Shown piece after piece: positions 33,020-43,602 of a DNA stretch of 64,000 bases. The notes beneath the pieces were generated by a model that was not told the DNA's origin, made no database searches, and was given only the letters and a program-made list of their open reading frames with translations. Position 1 is the first letter of the stretch. Each line of letters begins with the position of its first letter. The stretch comes from Carpediemonas membranifera BICM. Taxonomy: Eukaryota > Protista > Fornicata. The DNA lies in contig JAHDYR010000003.1 of the NCBI GenBank assembly GCA_019828565.1, forward strand, positions 62,001-126,000, given 5' to 3'. A program made the translations under genes and the position numbers.

Positions 33020-33796
33020 TTAGAAGAAATTGCGTCCGTTGCCCAGGCGTGTGTTCCTAGCCTTGTACAACTCGTACATCTGCCTCGTCTCGCCCACAGT
33101 CTGCCTCAGCTGGGCGGTGACCTCCGGCGCGACAGTCGGCGCACTCCGCTCGACAGGTCCGCTATGGTAGATGTCCCGGGTGTGGTCCTGCACCGCGGCA
33201 AACTTCTCGAGCCCCTCCGGCCGTCTGAGGTGGGGCCTGAACTTCTCTTCCTCGCTGACCCGGGCGGCGGGGCGGCCCTTGGGCGGGCCCGAGTGGAGGG
33301 CCTTGTGGGGGAAGACATCGTACGTCACAGCCACAGCCTTGCCGTATGTGGGGTTGGTTCTCAGTCCGCGGGGCTTGGACGGGAGCAGCTCGCCCTCGAG
33401 GAGGGGGTCGCGGGACGTCTGGACGTGCTGCCGCTTGTGGGGCTTGAACTCTTGCTCCAGAGACGGGTGTACGTACTTGGTGGCACGCCGGGGCTCTCTG
33501 CTGATCTGTTTGGTGGTCACACCGGCCGCATCGGGGACGATCACCGGGCCCGTGTGCTTCTTGGGCGGAGTCATCACCTCGCGGGCCTTGTTCTGGATTT
33601 CTATGAAGTTGGGGACAATCTTACGCGATGGGCGCCACGAATCTGGCTCCAGGGTCTCAGGAACGAGCGGATCGTTGTTGCTGTTCCTCAGAGTGTGGAT
33701 GGGGCGGATTGATGGACGCGGATTATCGCATGTTGCGCTGCTTTCAGCTGTGATTGACTTAACGTGAATGCGCGAAGCACCAGACAGTGATGCCAT
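33020..33796 (-). CDS. Hypothetical basic, proline-rich protein (258 aa)
   Basis: ORF from MASLSG; repeated F[KR]PH motifs. Confidence 0.65.
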   Translation of the reverse strand: MASLSGASRIHVKSITAESSATCDNPRPSIRPIHTLRNSNNDPLVPETLEPDSWRPSRKIVPNFIEIQNKAREVMTPPKKHTGPVIVPDAAGVTTKQISREPRRATKYVHPSLEQEFKPHKRQHVQTSRDPLLEGELLPSKPRGLRTNPTYGKAVAVTYDVFPHKALHSGPPKGRPAARVSEEEKFRPHLRRPEGLEKFAAVQDHTRDIYHSGPVERSAPTVAPEVTAQLRQTVGETRQMYELYKARNTRLGNGRNFF

Positions 33797-33939
33797 CTCC
33801 TTCAAAATTCCGATGATCGATAAAATGCACCGACAACTTCTCCGTCTTCCACGGCGTACTCGACGAAGTGACAACCACACACACCACAAAGGCACGGCGC
33901 GCTTTAATATACATCATTCATATTCATGACACCCCGCGC

Positions 33940-34515
33940 TCAGCCCCGTTGCACCTGCTTTTCGAGCTCAGCCACCCGCAAGTAAAGCATCGTGTTGTCG
34001 TTCGCCAGGTCCCTGATGGCCTCTACCAGCGGCTCCAACCTCCGTCCAACGTCGGACACGTCGTGGTCGGGAGAGATGAACGCCTGTGTGGGTTCCCCGC
34101 CAAAGAACTCGGCCTCCTCCTCAGTGTCGGGGAAGGCGGCGGGCGCCATGGTGTGGACGAACTCGTTGAACAGGCGGGTGACGTCGTCGCCGCGCCGTGC
34201 AGCGTCCTTCAGATACTTGACGCGTTTTGGTAACCGTGAGATGTATGCCGCCTTTGTGATGTCGCAGAGCTCTGTGAGGAGCTTCCTGCAGTCTGTGAGG
34301 TTCATATCATTCAATCCGACTTCCTGAGACATCTCTGACGGCTTCAGGGGCTTCTTCCTCGTCACCGCGTGGAAGGGGATCAGCACTTCCTGATCAAACA
34401 CTGAATTCCTGGTTACTCTGTCGTCTTCTGTGAACCGTGGCCTCGACATGCCTTGCTGCTCTCTGCCAAAAGCTGCGAAAATCTCCGCGAAAAATGAAAG
34501 CTCGTGTCCTGGCAT
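33940..34515 (-). CDS. Hypothetical protein (191 aa, C-terminal coiled coil)
   Basis: ATG-initiated ORF with host codon usage. Confidence 0.65.
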   Translation of the reverse strand: MPGHELSFFAEIFAAFGREQQGMSRPRFTEDDRVTRNSVFDQEVLIPFHAVTRKKPLKPSEMSQEVGLNDMNLTDCRKLLTELCDITKAAYISRLPKRVKYLKDAARRGDDVTRLFNEFVHTMAPAAFPDTEEEAEFFGGEPTQAFISPDHDVSDVGRRLEPLVEAIRDLANDNTMLYLRVAELEKQVQRG

Positions 34516-34965
34516 GTGCCTGCTCTAGTGATCTCAGGTGGCCCCAGAACACGGGTGCACGCTTATTTGGCGCCAACCAACTTTCCGCACCTTAACCCAA
34601 TAACGTCCAGTGAGACGAGAAATTCGCGATTGCTCGCTCTAATCCGCTTTGAATGAACCCATTGACCTCCCCATCTCACCTTGTCGACAAGGACGGCACC
34701 ACATTTGCTGGCGCCAAGTTTGAACGCAGCCCTCAACCAGAGACGATTCCCCAGCCCCTCTTCCAGGGCTCCAACGTCTACGGCGTCGATCTTTCGTCCC
34801 AATGATACTTCCATGCAGCGATAGTTCTTGTGGCGCATGTTCGTTCACGTGTTCTGATGCACCTGCTGGATAAATCGTTGTTTTCACATTCACTCTCCCT
34901 GATAGGACGGAATGTCTCCTATATGATGGTTCGAAGTCCGCATGTCTTGCACGGGCAAACAGATC

Positions 34966-35098
34966 AGCAGCTCACCCTCAAGGAGGGGACGTCTGGACGT
35001 GCTGCTGCTTGTGGGGCTTGAACTCTTGCTCCAGAGACGGGTGTACGTACTTGGTGGCACGCCGGGGCTCTCTGCTGTTTGGTGGTCACACCAGCCGC
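34966..35098 (-). repeat. Degenerate partial duplicate of 33384-33529
   Basis: Near-identical sequence with 8-nt and 5-nt deletions and a few substitutions. Confidence 0.9.
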
Positions 35099-35634
35099 CT
35101 GTGCTGTGGGCGGCTACATGTGCTGGAGTTCAAACAGGTCGCCATCGTCGGACGATTTATCAGGGCGTAGAGAGCTACAGTATCTAAGATCCACGCTTCC
35201 TCCTTCATTCACCATAAAACTGCTCCATTAGGCCATATCTGTGCATTGATGTTGATTATTGAGACTATAGGGCAGGAAGACTCAACGAGCGCCACAGCAC
35301 AAGGAGTGTGGATGAAACTACGGTCACAGAACGTTCGCGAAGAAACGCCACGGTCTCCTTGGCGCTAGTCTTATTGTCCGCCCAGCAAGAGCGACTCCGC
35401 GACTCTGCTGATTGGATCATTTTGAGAAATGCCGCAAAAAAGTTCTAAAACGAGATTTTTATGATTAATTCTCGTCGAGACAAATCTCCTGGAAGGCATT
35501 TACGAGGTTCACGACCAGGCAGAAAGAAACTCGTACGCGAAGTAGCAAGAAGCTGCGGGTCGACTAGATGAGTATAAGCAGCCAAACCAATACATAGCCA
35601 CAAGCCCATATGTATACCGCCCAAACAGCGGTGC

Positions 35635-38439
35635 TCACCGCATATCTCCATCCAAGGACGGGTACTGCAACCCCCAAAACTTGGCGGCAACCAGGTACTT
35701 GAGAGAGACAGCGGCCAGGGCCACCCACACTGTCGCCTTGACTGCGAGCACGAGCCAGTGGGCGTTGCGGACAACGGTGGTGGTGATTATGTCGAGGGCG
35801 GAGTGCATCTCGCCCGCATCAGAGTTTGTCATGCCACTGCCGAACCACCACTTGTCCTTGTTCCGCAGGTACCAGGCCCAGGTGCGGACGTCGCGCGTGT
35901 TGGGCTGGGGATCGTGTGGGCAGTAGCAGCGGCTGCAGATGCCGGGGACAGCCGTCTTGACGTGGCCATAGTCGACCCAGGTCAACCTCTCACCGTTGAT
36001 GCACTCCACCGTCTCGAAGAAGTGGTTCCACGACGACGACACCTTGCCGACCATATTCTGCCACACCTTCTTGCCGTCGACGAGGTTGTAGTGGCCCGTC
36101 ATGTGGTGGATGATCGTGTCGTTGTACACCGCCAGCAGAATGCCGTGGGTCAAATCGATCGGGGCGTCAATTTGATTGAAAGTGGAGCCGACGAAGGGGA
36201 TGTCGTGAAGCACGTTGATCGCATAGCAGCTGCTGACCTCCTGGTCGCCGTACTGCCAGAACTGGCCGGGGAACTGGCAGCAGTTCGCCTTGTCAGAGGC
36301 AAAATCGATCAAATCCCGGAAAATATTAGGCCCTAGTCGAGCTAGGTCGTACTTCGTACACCCGCCGTTGGCATGCCAGTCGAGTACGGCGGTGTCCTTG
36401 GTGTACGTGATGGGGCTGGGGTGCTCGAATATGGCGTCGGGGTTCTTCATCACAAACATGTCGAGGTCGAGGAGGACCATGCGCTTGACTGGACGGGACC
36501 CGATTTCGCTGAGAAGCTGGTTGACGTTGAGCGTGATAAGCTTGCTGAATCCATTGATGAAAGCCTTCTGCTCCACGCTGTCACCAAGAGTTCTCAGGAA
36601 ATCAGCGGGCAGGGTCTGCTCGACGAATACATACTCTACATTGAGCTCGATAAATCCGCGCATGATGTCGGGGAACTTCGTCAGGTCGTCCTGGGACGCG
36701 ATGATGATGCGTGCCTCCGTGTACAGGCGGAGGCTGAGCGCGAAGGTCAGCGTCTGCCCGGCGTACACGTGGTCGGCCTTGGTCAGCCACACGACGTACG
36801 CGTCGTCGGCGGGGTTCACCGGGACGCGGCGGGTCGTCATCCACTCAGCGGCCTCGAACCTTTCATCCAGCGTCATATACATAAAGGGGAAGAAGTTCTC
36901 GTATGTAACACCGTATGTCCCCCCGCGGACAGACCCAAGCGACGCCACAGGCCGGGTCATGGGCTCGGGCCGACTGGGGCCTGGGTAGAGCATGGTCTTG
37001 CGGGGGCCGACGGCCGCGAAGTCAAGCGGTCCGTCCTCGGCGACGACGTCGGGGGTGAGTAGCGAGAGGTCCTGGTTTGTCATGAAGGGGAACCAGCCGA
37101 CGTCGAGTTGGCGCACGGCGGCGATGGCGTCTGCCACGGTCGGCTGGGTGGCGAGGGCGCGGGTGACGTGGTCGACGTTGGCATCGCCGTTAGCGATCAG
37201 TGCGACGTTCAGGCTTCGGTGGAGCTGGAGGCCGGCCCCGTAAGCCTCTTGGGCGTACTGGGAGCGGAATATGATGCCGGGGTCAAGCAGGGCCAGCTGG
37301 AACCAGCCGGGGTGCTCCCTCTGGAGGCCCTTGATGACGGCGACCAGGTCGTCTTCCCGTCGCGCGTGGGTGCGTTTGACCATTCGGACGTCGCCCATCG
37401 CGGTGGCCTTGCGGGCGAAGTCGGTGTCGGTGGATTTGACGAGCACGCGGACCTGCGGGATGCTCGGGGCGAAGGCGTGGACGTCGTAGAGCGACATCAG
37501 GAAGCGCTTGCAGTCGCGCTCGGCCTCGGGTGTGTCGGCCCACGTAACGAAGATCGCGGCGTTCGTGCTCTGCGTGTCGGCGTAGGCGAGCGATGTGTCA
37601 GGCGTCGGCGTCACGTCGGTGTATTGGAAGATCTCGACGGGGGTGGTTGTGGTTGTGGTCATCAGGCCGGCGAACGCGAGGGCGGCGAGAAGCGCCACGG
37701 CTTGCATGATGCGGTGGCGCCGCGATGCGGACGTGCTGCGCCGCAAATGCAGCTTAAGATAGGCGATAAGAAGGAAGAGCGTCGAGTCGACTGCGAGGAC
37801 GAACGGCTGCACCGTCCTCGTCATGAAGCTCATCAACACGATCGCGCCAGCCAGGGCGTATGGGAAGAGCTGGACGGGCATGTCGCCGGGGTCCACTGCC
37901 TTGGAGATGACGAGGAACGCCTGTGCATGGAGGGCGACCATGGCCGCGAGAGCGACGCCGATGGCAGCAGTGTTGAGCGTTGTTCCACTCAGCCCGTACG
38001 TGAGGATCAGCTGCGGCAGATCCAAGGCACAGCCGAGGACGACGGCGCCAGCAGTGGAGGCGACGAGCATCGCCATCGTCGTCGAAGAGCTCGAAGCCCA
38101 TGAAAAGGCAAAGGCGAGCACCAGGGCGCTTGATGCGGCTCTGTAGGCGGGGTTGGGGGTCACTGAAAGACGCAGCAGGAAGGAGAGAGAGGAGGAAATG
38201 AGGGACAAAATCACCGGTGAAAGGGCTAAGATGGCAAGAGCAGAAGGGTTATGTGCTCGAGTGTACGTCAACACCCATATAACAGCTAGAAAGAGCGTGA
38301 GAGTTGCTAGCGCAATGATCTCGGCCTGAAACTGAGCCTCGACACGCCAAGGCGATTCTAGCTCAAAGATCACGGCGCAAAGTGGCAGCAATACAGCTGT
38401 GAGAAAGAGAATTGGAGCAGCAAGTGTCCTATTAACCAT
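35635..38439 (-). CDS. Multi-TM membrane protein with a GT-A (GT8-like) glycosyltransferase domain
   Basis: About 8 N-terminal TM helices; FSKL...LLDLDMFVMKNPD.IF, NGG, GDQ, IIHH.TG....K.W. Confidence 0.75.
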   Translation of the reverse strand: MVNRTLAAPILFLTAVLLPLCAVIFELESPWRVEAQFQAEIIALATLTLFLAVIWVLTYTRAHNPSALAILALSPVILSLISSSLSFLLRLSVTPNPAYRAASSALVLAFAFSWASSSSTTMAMLVASTAGAVVLGCALDLPQLILTYGLSGTTLNTAAIGVALAAMVALHAQAFLVISKAVDPGDMPVQLFPYALAGAIVLMSFMTRTVQPFVLAVDSTLFLLIAYLKLHLRRSTSASRRHRIMQAVALLAALAFAGLMTTTTTTPVEIFQYTDVTPTPDTSLAYADTQSTNAAIFVTWADTPEAERDCKRFLMSLYDVHAFAPSIPQVRVLVKSTDTDFARKATAMGDVRMVKRTHARREDDLVAVIKGLQREHPGWFQLALLDPGIIFRSQYAQEAYGAGLQLHRSLNVALIANGDANVDHVTRALATQPTVADAIAAVRQLDVGWFPFMTNQDLSLLTPDVVAEDGPLDFAAVGPRKTMLYPGPSRPEPMTRPVASLGSVRGGTYGVTYENFFPFMYMTLDERFEAAEWMTTRRVPVNPADDAYVVWLTKADHVYAGQTLTFALSLRLYTEARIIIASQDDLTKFPDIMRGFIELNVEYVFVEQTLPADFLRTLGDSVEQKAFINGFSKLITLNVNQLLSEIGSRPVKRMVLLDLDMFVMKNPDAIFEHPSPITYTKDTAVLDWHANGGCTKYDLARLGPNIFRDLIDFASDKANCCQFPGQFWQYGDQEVSSCYAINVLHDIPFVGSTFNQIDAPIDLTHGILLAVYNDTIIHHMTGHYNLVDGKKVWQNMVGKVSSSWNHFFETVECINGERLTWVDYGHVKTAVPGICSRCYCPHDPQPNTRDVRTWAWYLRNKDKWWFGSGMTNSDAGEMHSALDIITTTVVRNAHWLVLAVKATVWVALAAVSLKYLVAAKFWGLQYPSLDGDMR

Positions 38440-38542
38440 TCAACGGCGAACTGAGCGTTGTTGCCGTGTTCCCCGCTGCGGAAAACTGCACAACGCACTT
38501 ATGTAGGCTCACGTAAATTTACATGTCTATAGCTACATATGT

Positions 38543-39490
38543 CTACTCCATCTCGCTGTCCATATCATCGCCGATCTTCATGCTCTTATCGTACTCCTCC
38601 TTGCGTCTAAGGAGGAAACTCTCAACACCGTCGAGAATGACGTCGTTGTAGTTATTGAGGTCGATGTTGAGCTCGTCCTCAGAGTCTGCTGGGACGCCCA
38701 GGATCTCAAGCAGCTTCATCGAGTCGGCGTCGGTCATGTACTCACCGAACGCGTTCAGCTTGTCCGTCAACAGGCTGATGCGCTGGTCCCTCGTCATCAC
38801 GGGCTGCACGGGCGCCGGGGTGGGTAGCTTCGGTGTCTTGGCCGCCTTTGGCTTTGGTGCCGGCGTGGGTGCGGCGGGTTTACGGGCCACGAGGATCTCG
38901 CCGGGCCTGAGGTCGCCAAGGAGGGGCTTCATCTTGAGGCCCCAGAGCAGGTCGAACACCTTGCCCAGGGAGATCGCCCGGACGTGGACAACGTGCTTGG
39001 GCGATCTGTTGAAGGTCTTGGCGTTGTTAACCACCTTGTAGAGCCCGTCGATGACGTCCTGCAGGCTGTCGAGCCCGTGCACGGGGTCCTCCTTCGTGTC
39101 GATCCTCCCCCTGAGCGTGGTCAGGTCCATACGGTCAGTAATGACCCTATCGTACTCGGGGATGTTCAGCTTGACCGTGTCGACGGGGTATCGGAACCAT
39201 TCGAAGAGCTTGTTGAAGCACAGCGAGTCAATGATGTCCCGGGCCGTCAGCCAGATCTCCCTGTCATCCCTGGTAGACGTGCGCGCCCTCTTGGTGCTCT
39301 TAGCTGCGGGCTCCTCTTGAATTCTGGACTCTGGCAGAGAAGCAACGTCAAACAACTCTTCGTGCGAGGGAAAAGGGATTTCCTTCATGGAAGCTTTGCC
39401 CTTCGTCTGCATAACGGAATACACATCGGTTAAATACTGTTCCCACCATTGAAGAAAGTGTACGCGGGTTTCAATCGCTTTTTCCTCCAT
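38543..39490 (-). CDS. Bromodomain protein with ET-like C-terminus (BET/GTE-like)
   Basis: WFRYPVD...IPEY..VI...MDLTT...NAKTFN; DELNIDLNN ET-like motif. Confidence 0.88.
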   Translation of the reverse strand: MEEKAIETRVHFLQWWEQYLTDVYSVMQTKGKASMKEIPFPSHEELFDVASLPESRIQEEPAAKSTKRARTSTRDDREIWLTARDIIDSLCFNKLFEWFRYPVDTVKLNIPEYDRVITDRMDLTTLRGRIDTKEDPVHGLDSLQDVIDGLYKVVNNAKTFNRSPKHVVHVRAISLGKVFDLLWGLKMKPLLGDLRPGEILVARKPAAPTPAPKPKAAKTPKLPTPAPVQPVMTRDQRISLLTDKLNAFGEYMTDADSMKLLEILGVPADSEDELNIDLNNYNDVILDGVESFLLRRKEEYDKSMKIGDDMDSEME

Positions 39491-39650
39491 ACAGCAGATT
39501 TATGTGCTTAAAGTGCATAACGATTACGTAATCGCATGACAGACTTGGGAATGCCACATCGATGATTTAATGTCTAGCAGGGTGGCCCGACGGGATTCAA
39601 ATGACCAGGTGCAGTTTAAGACTTGCACGACTGAGTAAGATGATAGAGAT

Positions 39651-39738
39651 GCCAATCTCAGTAAACACTTATCTCCACATGGTGTTAGTGTCGTTTGGGT
39701 CATCGGAAGACCGTCGTGTTATGTTCATCAGATTTGGC
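39651..39738 (-). ncRNA. Box C/D snoRNA, snR73/U35(SNORD35)-like, copy 1
   Basis: C box TGATGA (39730-39725), D box CTGA (39661-39658), terminal stem; guide CACGACGGTCT before D' CCGA is complementary to conserved LSU rRNA AGACCGUCGUG. Confidence 0.85.
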
Positions 39739-39875
39739 GTGGGACAAACGTCTGTTCGGGCTTGAGTCAACAACAGCTCAAGATGAGGTCATTGCAATGA
39801 GGAGCCCATTGCAGCTGAGAATCGCTGCATAGTTAGCTGAGAGAGGAAAGAACTTTGCCTGTATAAGAAATGTGA

Positions 39876-39966
39876 GTCGCAAGATCAGTAACACTGTGCT
39901 CCACATGGTATTAGTGTCGTTTGGGTCATCGGAAGACCGTCGTGTTATATTCATCACTTTTGCGAC
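39876..39966 (-). ncRNA. Box C/D snoRNA, snR73/U35-like, copy 2
   Basis: C box GTGATGA, D box CTGA, terminal stem GTCGCAA/TTGCGAC, same guide as copy 1. Confidence 0.85.
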
Positions 39967-40246
39967 AGTGAACGAACCGTACAGGCTGAGATTCAGGCCA
40001 TCGGTATTCTCTGCCATTTTGCGGGAAACCCGAGCCCGGCAAAAATGGTATTAAACTGAATATTTGCCGTGCCGCCCCAACCCACCACTCCGCCGTGCTG
40101 AACCACCTCCCGAGTCCCCACGCGGCCCCAGCTTCTGAGGTCGAACGAATGTCTCACTCACACTACTGCCCGTGGACGAACACACAAATCAACACACCCG
40201 CCCCCACCTGGCATGTAAAATTGTTTTATTTACCGACGAGCGATGC

Positions 40247-41749
40247 TCAGTGTGTTCTGTAGTTGTTAGAGTTCGGATACGTCATATTCGCGAAGTCTAC
40301 GGTCCAGCCCCCCACAACGAACTTCTCCATGACCTCGGGCACAGTGTAAGCGAACTCCGAGTCCCAGTCCCGGTCAAACACGGCCTGCAGCCCTGCCCGC
40401 AGCTCAGGGTTGTCTGTGACTAGACTAACACCGGCCGTGTCGATGAAATAGTTAGCTTCCCAGTTGGATGTTGTCACTACAGCCTTGCGGTCAGTCACCA
40501 TATATTTTGCATGGTTGACGCGCGTGTGGTCGGTCGGGAAGGGCAGGGGCTCCTTCAGGTCAGGGATGTGGAACATTCTCACCTCGATATTCTGGTACAT
40601 GGCGAGGGTTGCTGCGGCCTCAAAGACGATGGGGTTGGTATTGTTCCAGAAGCTGACCATCAGACGCACGCCTACGGTAGGATAGGCGCCCGTCTGAAGG
40701 GCTGAGACCCGTCTGATGGCGTCCTCGATCACGGGCCAGTAAACATTCGGTGCCGACCCAAACCCGCTGATCACCGGGGCGTAGTCCATGACATTGATGC
40801 ACACCGTCTTCTTGGCGTCCAGGATAGTCGCGACCATGGCGTCTGCGTCCCCCGTGCGGTGGGTAGAGACCATGGGCGGTGGGGAGACTGTTAGGAAGAC
40901 GTCCGAGGTAGTGTGGTTGAGGTTGAGGCTGCCGGGCGTCTCAAGGCTCATGCGGGTGTCGAGGTGCTTGAGCGTGGCCGTGGCGTTGCGGACACCGGTC
41001 TCCCAGTAAATCTCGTGGATCGTGCCGAGGTCCTTGGCCAGTGTCGGGCTGTACACAATGACGCCGAGCTCCTTGACCTGCTGCAAGGACCGCCAGTCCA
41101 TGTTGGCTGAGCCCAGGTAGGCCCGCTCGTGGTCCGCGATGATGAACTTGGTGTGAAGCACGCCATTGTAGAGGTTATGGAAGTCCACATAAACAACCTC
41201 AGCGCCGGCGTTGCGGAGAAGGTTGTAGTCAATCTCGTATGACGGGCCGTTGGGCATGCTGGCGGCTACACGGACGACGACGCCCCTGTCGAGGGCCCGG
41301 AGCAGGGCTTGGAAGACAGCCTCGCCGTTTGCCTGGCCGGGCCGCTCAGTGGTGTTGTGGAGGGTCATGTAGAAACAGGCTATGTCGAGGTTGGTGACTG
41401 CAGAGTCGATGAGCTCAACCCAGGCCTCCCAAGTCTGAATGGCGGTGGTGAGCTCCACCTCGTCGGGGATGGTCTCCACAATCGTGAGGAAACCGGGGGT
41501 ATCGACGGTAACACGGCCGGGCTTGGATCCAAAGTGTATCCAGTGAGACAGGATCACGACAGAGTCGAGCGCTAAGAGGCAGCAGATGAGGAAAAGAGCA
41601 AAAAGGATCAGCAAGTTGCGGATCTTGTTCTTTCTAATCTCGTCCTTCAGCCGAACGATCAGCTTCTCCATCATAACGCCTCCCTGTGCCCTTGTCGCTA
41701 CTCTGGGGGCGCTGCTGGCCAGTAGACTGTCGTCCATCGACTTCTGCAA
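40247..41749 (-). CDS. Phospholipase D3/D4-like protein (type II membrane)
   Basis: Two HKD motifs LHTKFIIAD and NHAKYMVTD; GSANMDWRSLQQVKELG; N-terminal TM. Confidence 0.92.
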   Translation of the reverse strand: MQKSMDDSLLASSAPRVATRAQGGVMMEKLIVRLKDEIRKNKIRNLLILFALFLICCLLALDSVVILSHWIHFGSKPGRVTVDTPGFLTIVETIPDEVELTTAIQTWEAWVELIDSAVTNLDIACFYMTLHNTTERPGQANGEAVFQALLRALDRGVVVRVAASMPNGPSYEIDYNLLRNAGAEVVYVDFHNLYNGVLHTKFIIADHERAYLGSANMDWRSLQQVKELGVIVYSPTLAKDLGTIHEIYWETGVRNATATLKHLDTRMSLETPGSLNLNHTTSDVFLTVSPPPMVSTHRTGDADAMVATILDAKKTVCINVMDYAPVISGFGSAPNVYWPVIEDAIRRVSALQTGAYPTVGVRLMVSFWNNTNPIVFEAAATLAMYQNIEVRMFHIPDLKEPLPFPTDHTRVNHAKYMVTDRKAVVTTSNWEANYFIDTAGVSLVTDNPELRAGLQAVFDRDWDSEFAYTVPEVMEKFVVGGWTVDFANMTYPNSNNYRTH

Positions 41750-42130
41750 ACACCCATCAAATGTCCCGTCTGATTGGTCGGTCGTCGCGGGTCAAACATG
41801 AGTCCGGGCAGAACAAGGTCTAATGGCAATCGTCATGCAGATTCAACCCGGCCTTTGCTACGGGGTCGTCTTGCGTGGGCCCTGGTCGTGGATCGGGAGT
41901 GGAGAACAGCATGACCACCATTCAGTGAGCACGACAGGTGCCAAAAACATGATACAGACGGATCAACCAGCATTGAGAGGTTTAAAATGATGAAGACGGG
42001 ATGAAGGGACAGAGGTTAAGTGTTGAACAATGCATCAGCAGCCGGCAAGTAAAACATTCGCCAGCGACACAATGCCGACTCTCCCACCCCATGCGCGTAT
42101 TCCAACGGTGCAGATGACAACACATTCTGC

Positions 42131-42811
42131 TCATACCAGGCAGCGGCGACGGACCTCATCCAGCAGTCCAGGCCGACGACACCCGTCGACGACCTCGATA
42201 ACCGTGTCTGTCGGACATGGCCAGTTCACAGTATACGTTGCAGGGCAGCATTGTACGGCGAGGAGGCAGGCCTGGGGCTGGGTGAAGGTCACGTCCACCC
42301 CGCCCCGCCTGGCACGCACAGCTTCCACGGCCCCGAATGAGGCAAACCTCTGCCGGACAATGTCTGGGTGGAGGATATGCTCGTCTATGTCTGCGCCGGA
42401 CTCGCCTGCGGAAACGCGCACAGTGCGTGAGGCGGCGGAGACAACAGGTTCGGACATTCGGGCTCGTTTCAGCTCTTGCTCGTGGATCTCTTGACGTGCA
42501 GCAGCTTCTGCGCGCTTGAGGCCGTCGATTTTCTGCTGTTTGCGGGCATTGAAGGCTGCACGTTGCTTGCGCTGCTCCTCCTGGCTCTTGAACTGGGCGT
42601 CGTACTCGTCCTTGTGTGATAAAATGTGCTCCTTGGCCTCTTTCAAGGCCTGGAATTTGTTCTTAGCGGCCAGTTGGGCCTCGGGAGACAGGACGCCAAG
42701 CTTGTCCGGGTGGAACTGCCTGGCGAGCTTGCGAAACGCCTTTTCCACATCCTCTGTCGGAGCTGCGAATCTGAGCCCGAGTTCAGCGTAATAGTCGCCA
42801 GCTTCATGCAT
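42131..42811 (-). CDS. J-domain protein with coiled coil and degenerate RRM (DNAJC17/Cwc23-like)
   Basis: DYYAELG...AFRKLARQFHPDK; F..FG.V RRM-like tail. Confidence 0.8.
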   Translation of the reverse strand: MHEAGDYYAELGLRFAAPTEDVEKAFRKLARQFHPDKLGVLSPEAQLAAKNKFQALKEAKEHILSHKDEYDAQFKSQEEQRKQRAAFNARKQQKIDGLKRAEAAARQEIHEQELKRARMSEPVVSAASRTVRVSAGESGADIDEHILHPDIVRQRFASFGAVEAVRARRGGVDVTFTQPQACLLAVQCCPATYTVNWPCPTDTVIEVVDGCRRPGLLDEVRRRCLV

Positions 42812-42864
42812 AACCAAAGAACGATGACCTTACACGCGCAGTTTTCGCGCACTTGCATCATCTG

Positions 42865-43602
42865 ATGGACACGGACGAAGTTCTCTCTTCCAGACAGGAT
42901 GAGCCGCATGATCACATCAGCCTTCTCCCAAAGATCTCGGTAGATGATACTGGACACAATATTCAGCCTAGTATTCATCACATACAGACAAAGCAAGACA
43001 TACAGCCAGGTATGCCCGATATTGAGGGTATGCTTGGAATGCAAAAGGAAGAACGAGAGGAAGAACCTATCGAAGATGAGAAAGACGATGATAACTGGAC
43101 TGAATATGCCGAGCCTTCAAGGAAATCGAGGCGGGGCCGAAAGTCCGACTTCAAACCTTCCGCTGGGGTCAAGAAGCGGAGTCGTGGCAAGGCTTTCAGT
43201 CCTATCCAGTATTCCATTCTCATTCGCTGCCAAAAGCTGCAGCAGTACCCCTCCCGCGAGCAGATTGCTGCCGTTGCCAACTTCGCCCGGCTTGAGCCTG
43301 CCAGAGTCAAGGTCTGGTTCCAAAACGCCAGACAGCGGGGTGTGAACTTGGACGCAGATCTCATGGAGCTCCCGGTCGACCCGGCGGACATTCTGGGCGG
43401 AGTAGTCTCCGCGATGCCGGAGAAACCCGAGCCCATTGCCTTTGCCCCACATCCATTCTCCCACAAGGACGAGCTCCCGCCCCCACTGATCGCCCAGAAG
43501 CGGGAGGTAGCTGTGCAGTGCGACCTGATTCCCGAGAGGCTCCTCGGGATGCTGGCCAGGGGCGAGCTTGATTATTTACTGGAAGAGGGGGAGAGGGGAT
43601 AA
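42865..43602 (+). CDS. Homeodomain protein
   Basis: FSPIQ..IL......QYPS.EQ...A....L...RVKVWFQNARQR. Confidence 0.88.
   Translation: MDTDEVLSSRQDEPHDHISLLPKISVDDTGHNIQPSIHHIQTKQDIQPGMPDIEGMLGMQKEEREEEPIEDEKDDDNWTEYAEPSRKSRRGRKSDFKPSAGVKKRSRGKAFSPIQYSILIRCQKLQQYPSREQIAAVANFARLEPARVKVWFQNARQRGVNLDADLMELPVDPADILGGVVSAMPEKPEPIAFAPHPFSHKDELPPPLIAQKREVAVQCDLIPERLLGMLARGELDYLLEEGERG

Noticed and set aside
39575-39650. tRNA-like GAATCCCGTCGGGCCA on the minus strand
   Set aside because: No TTCGA loop, T-stem does not pair, no cloverleaf
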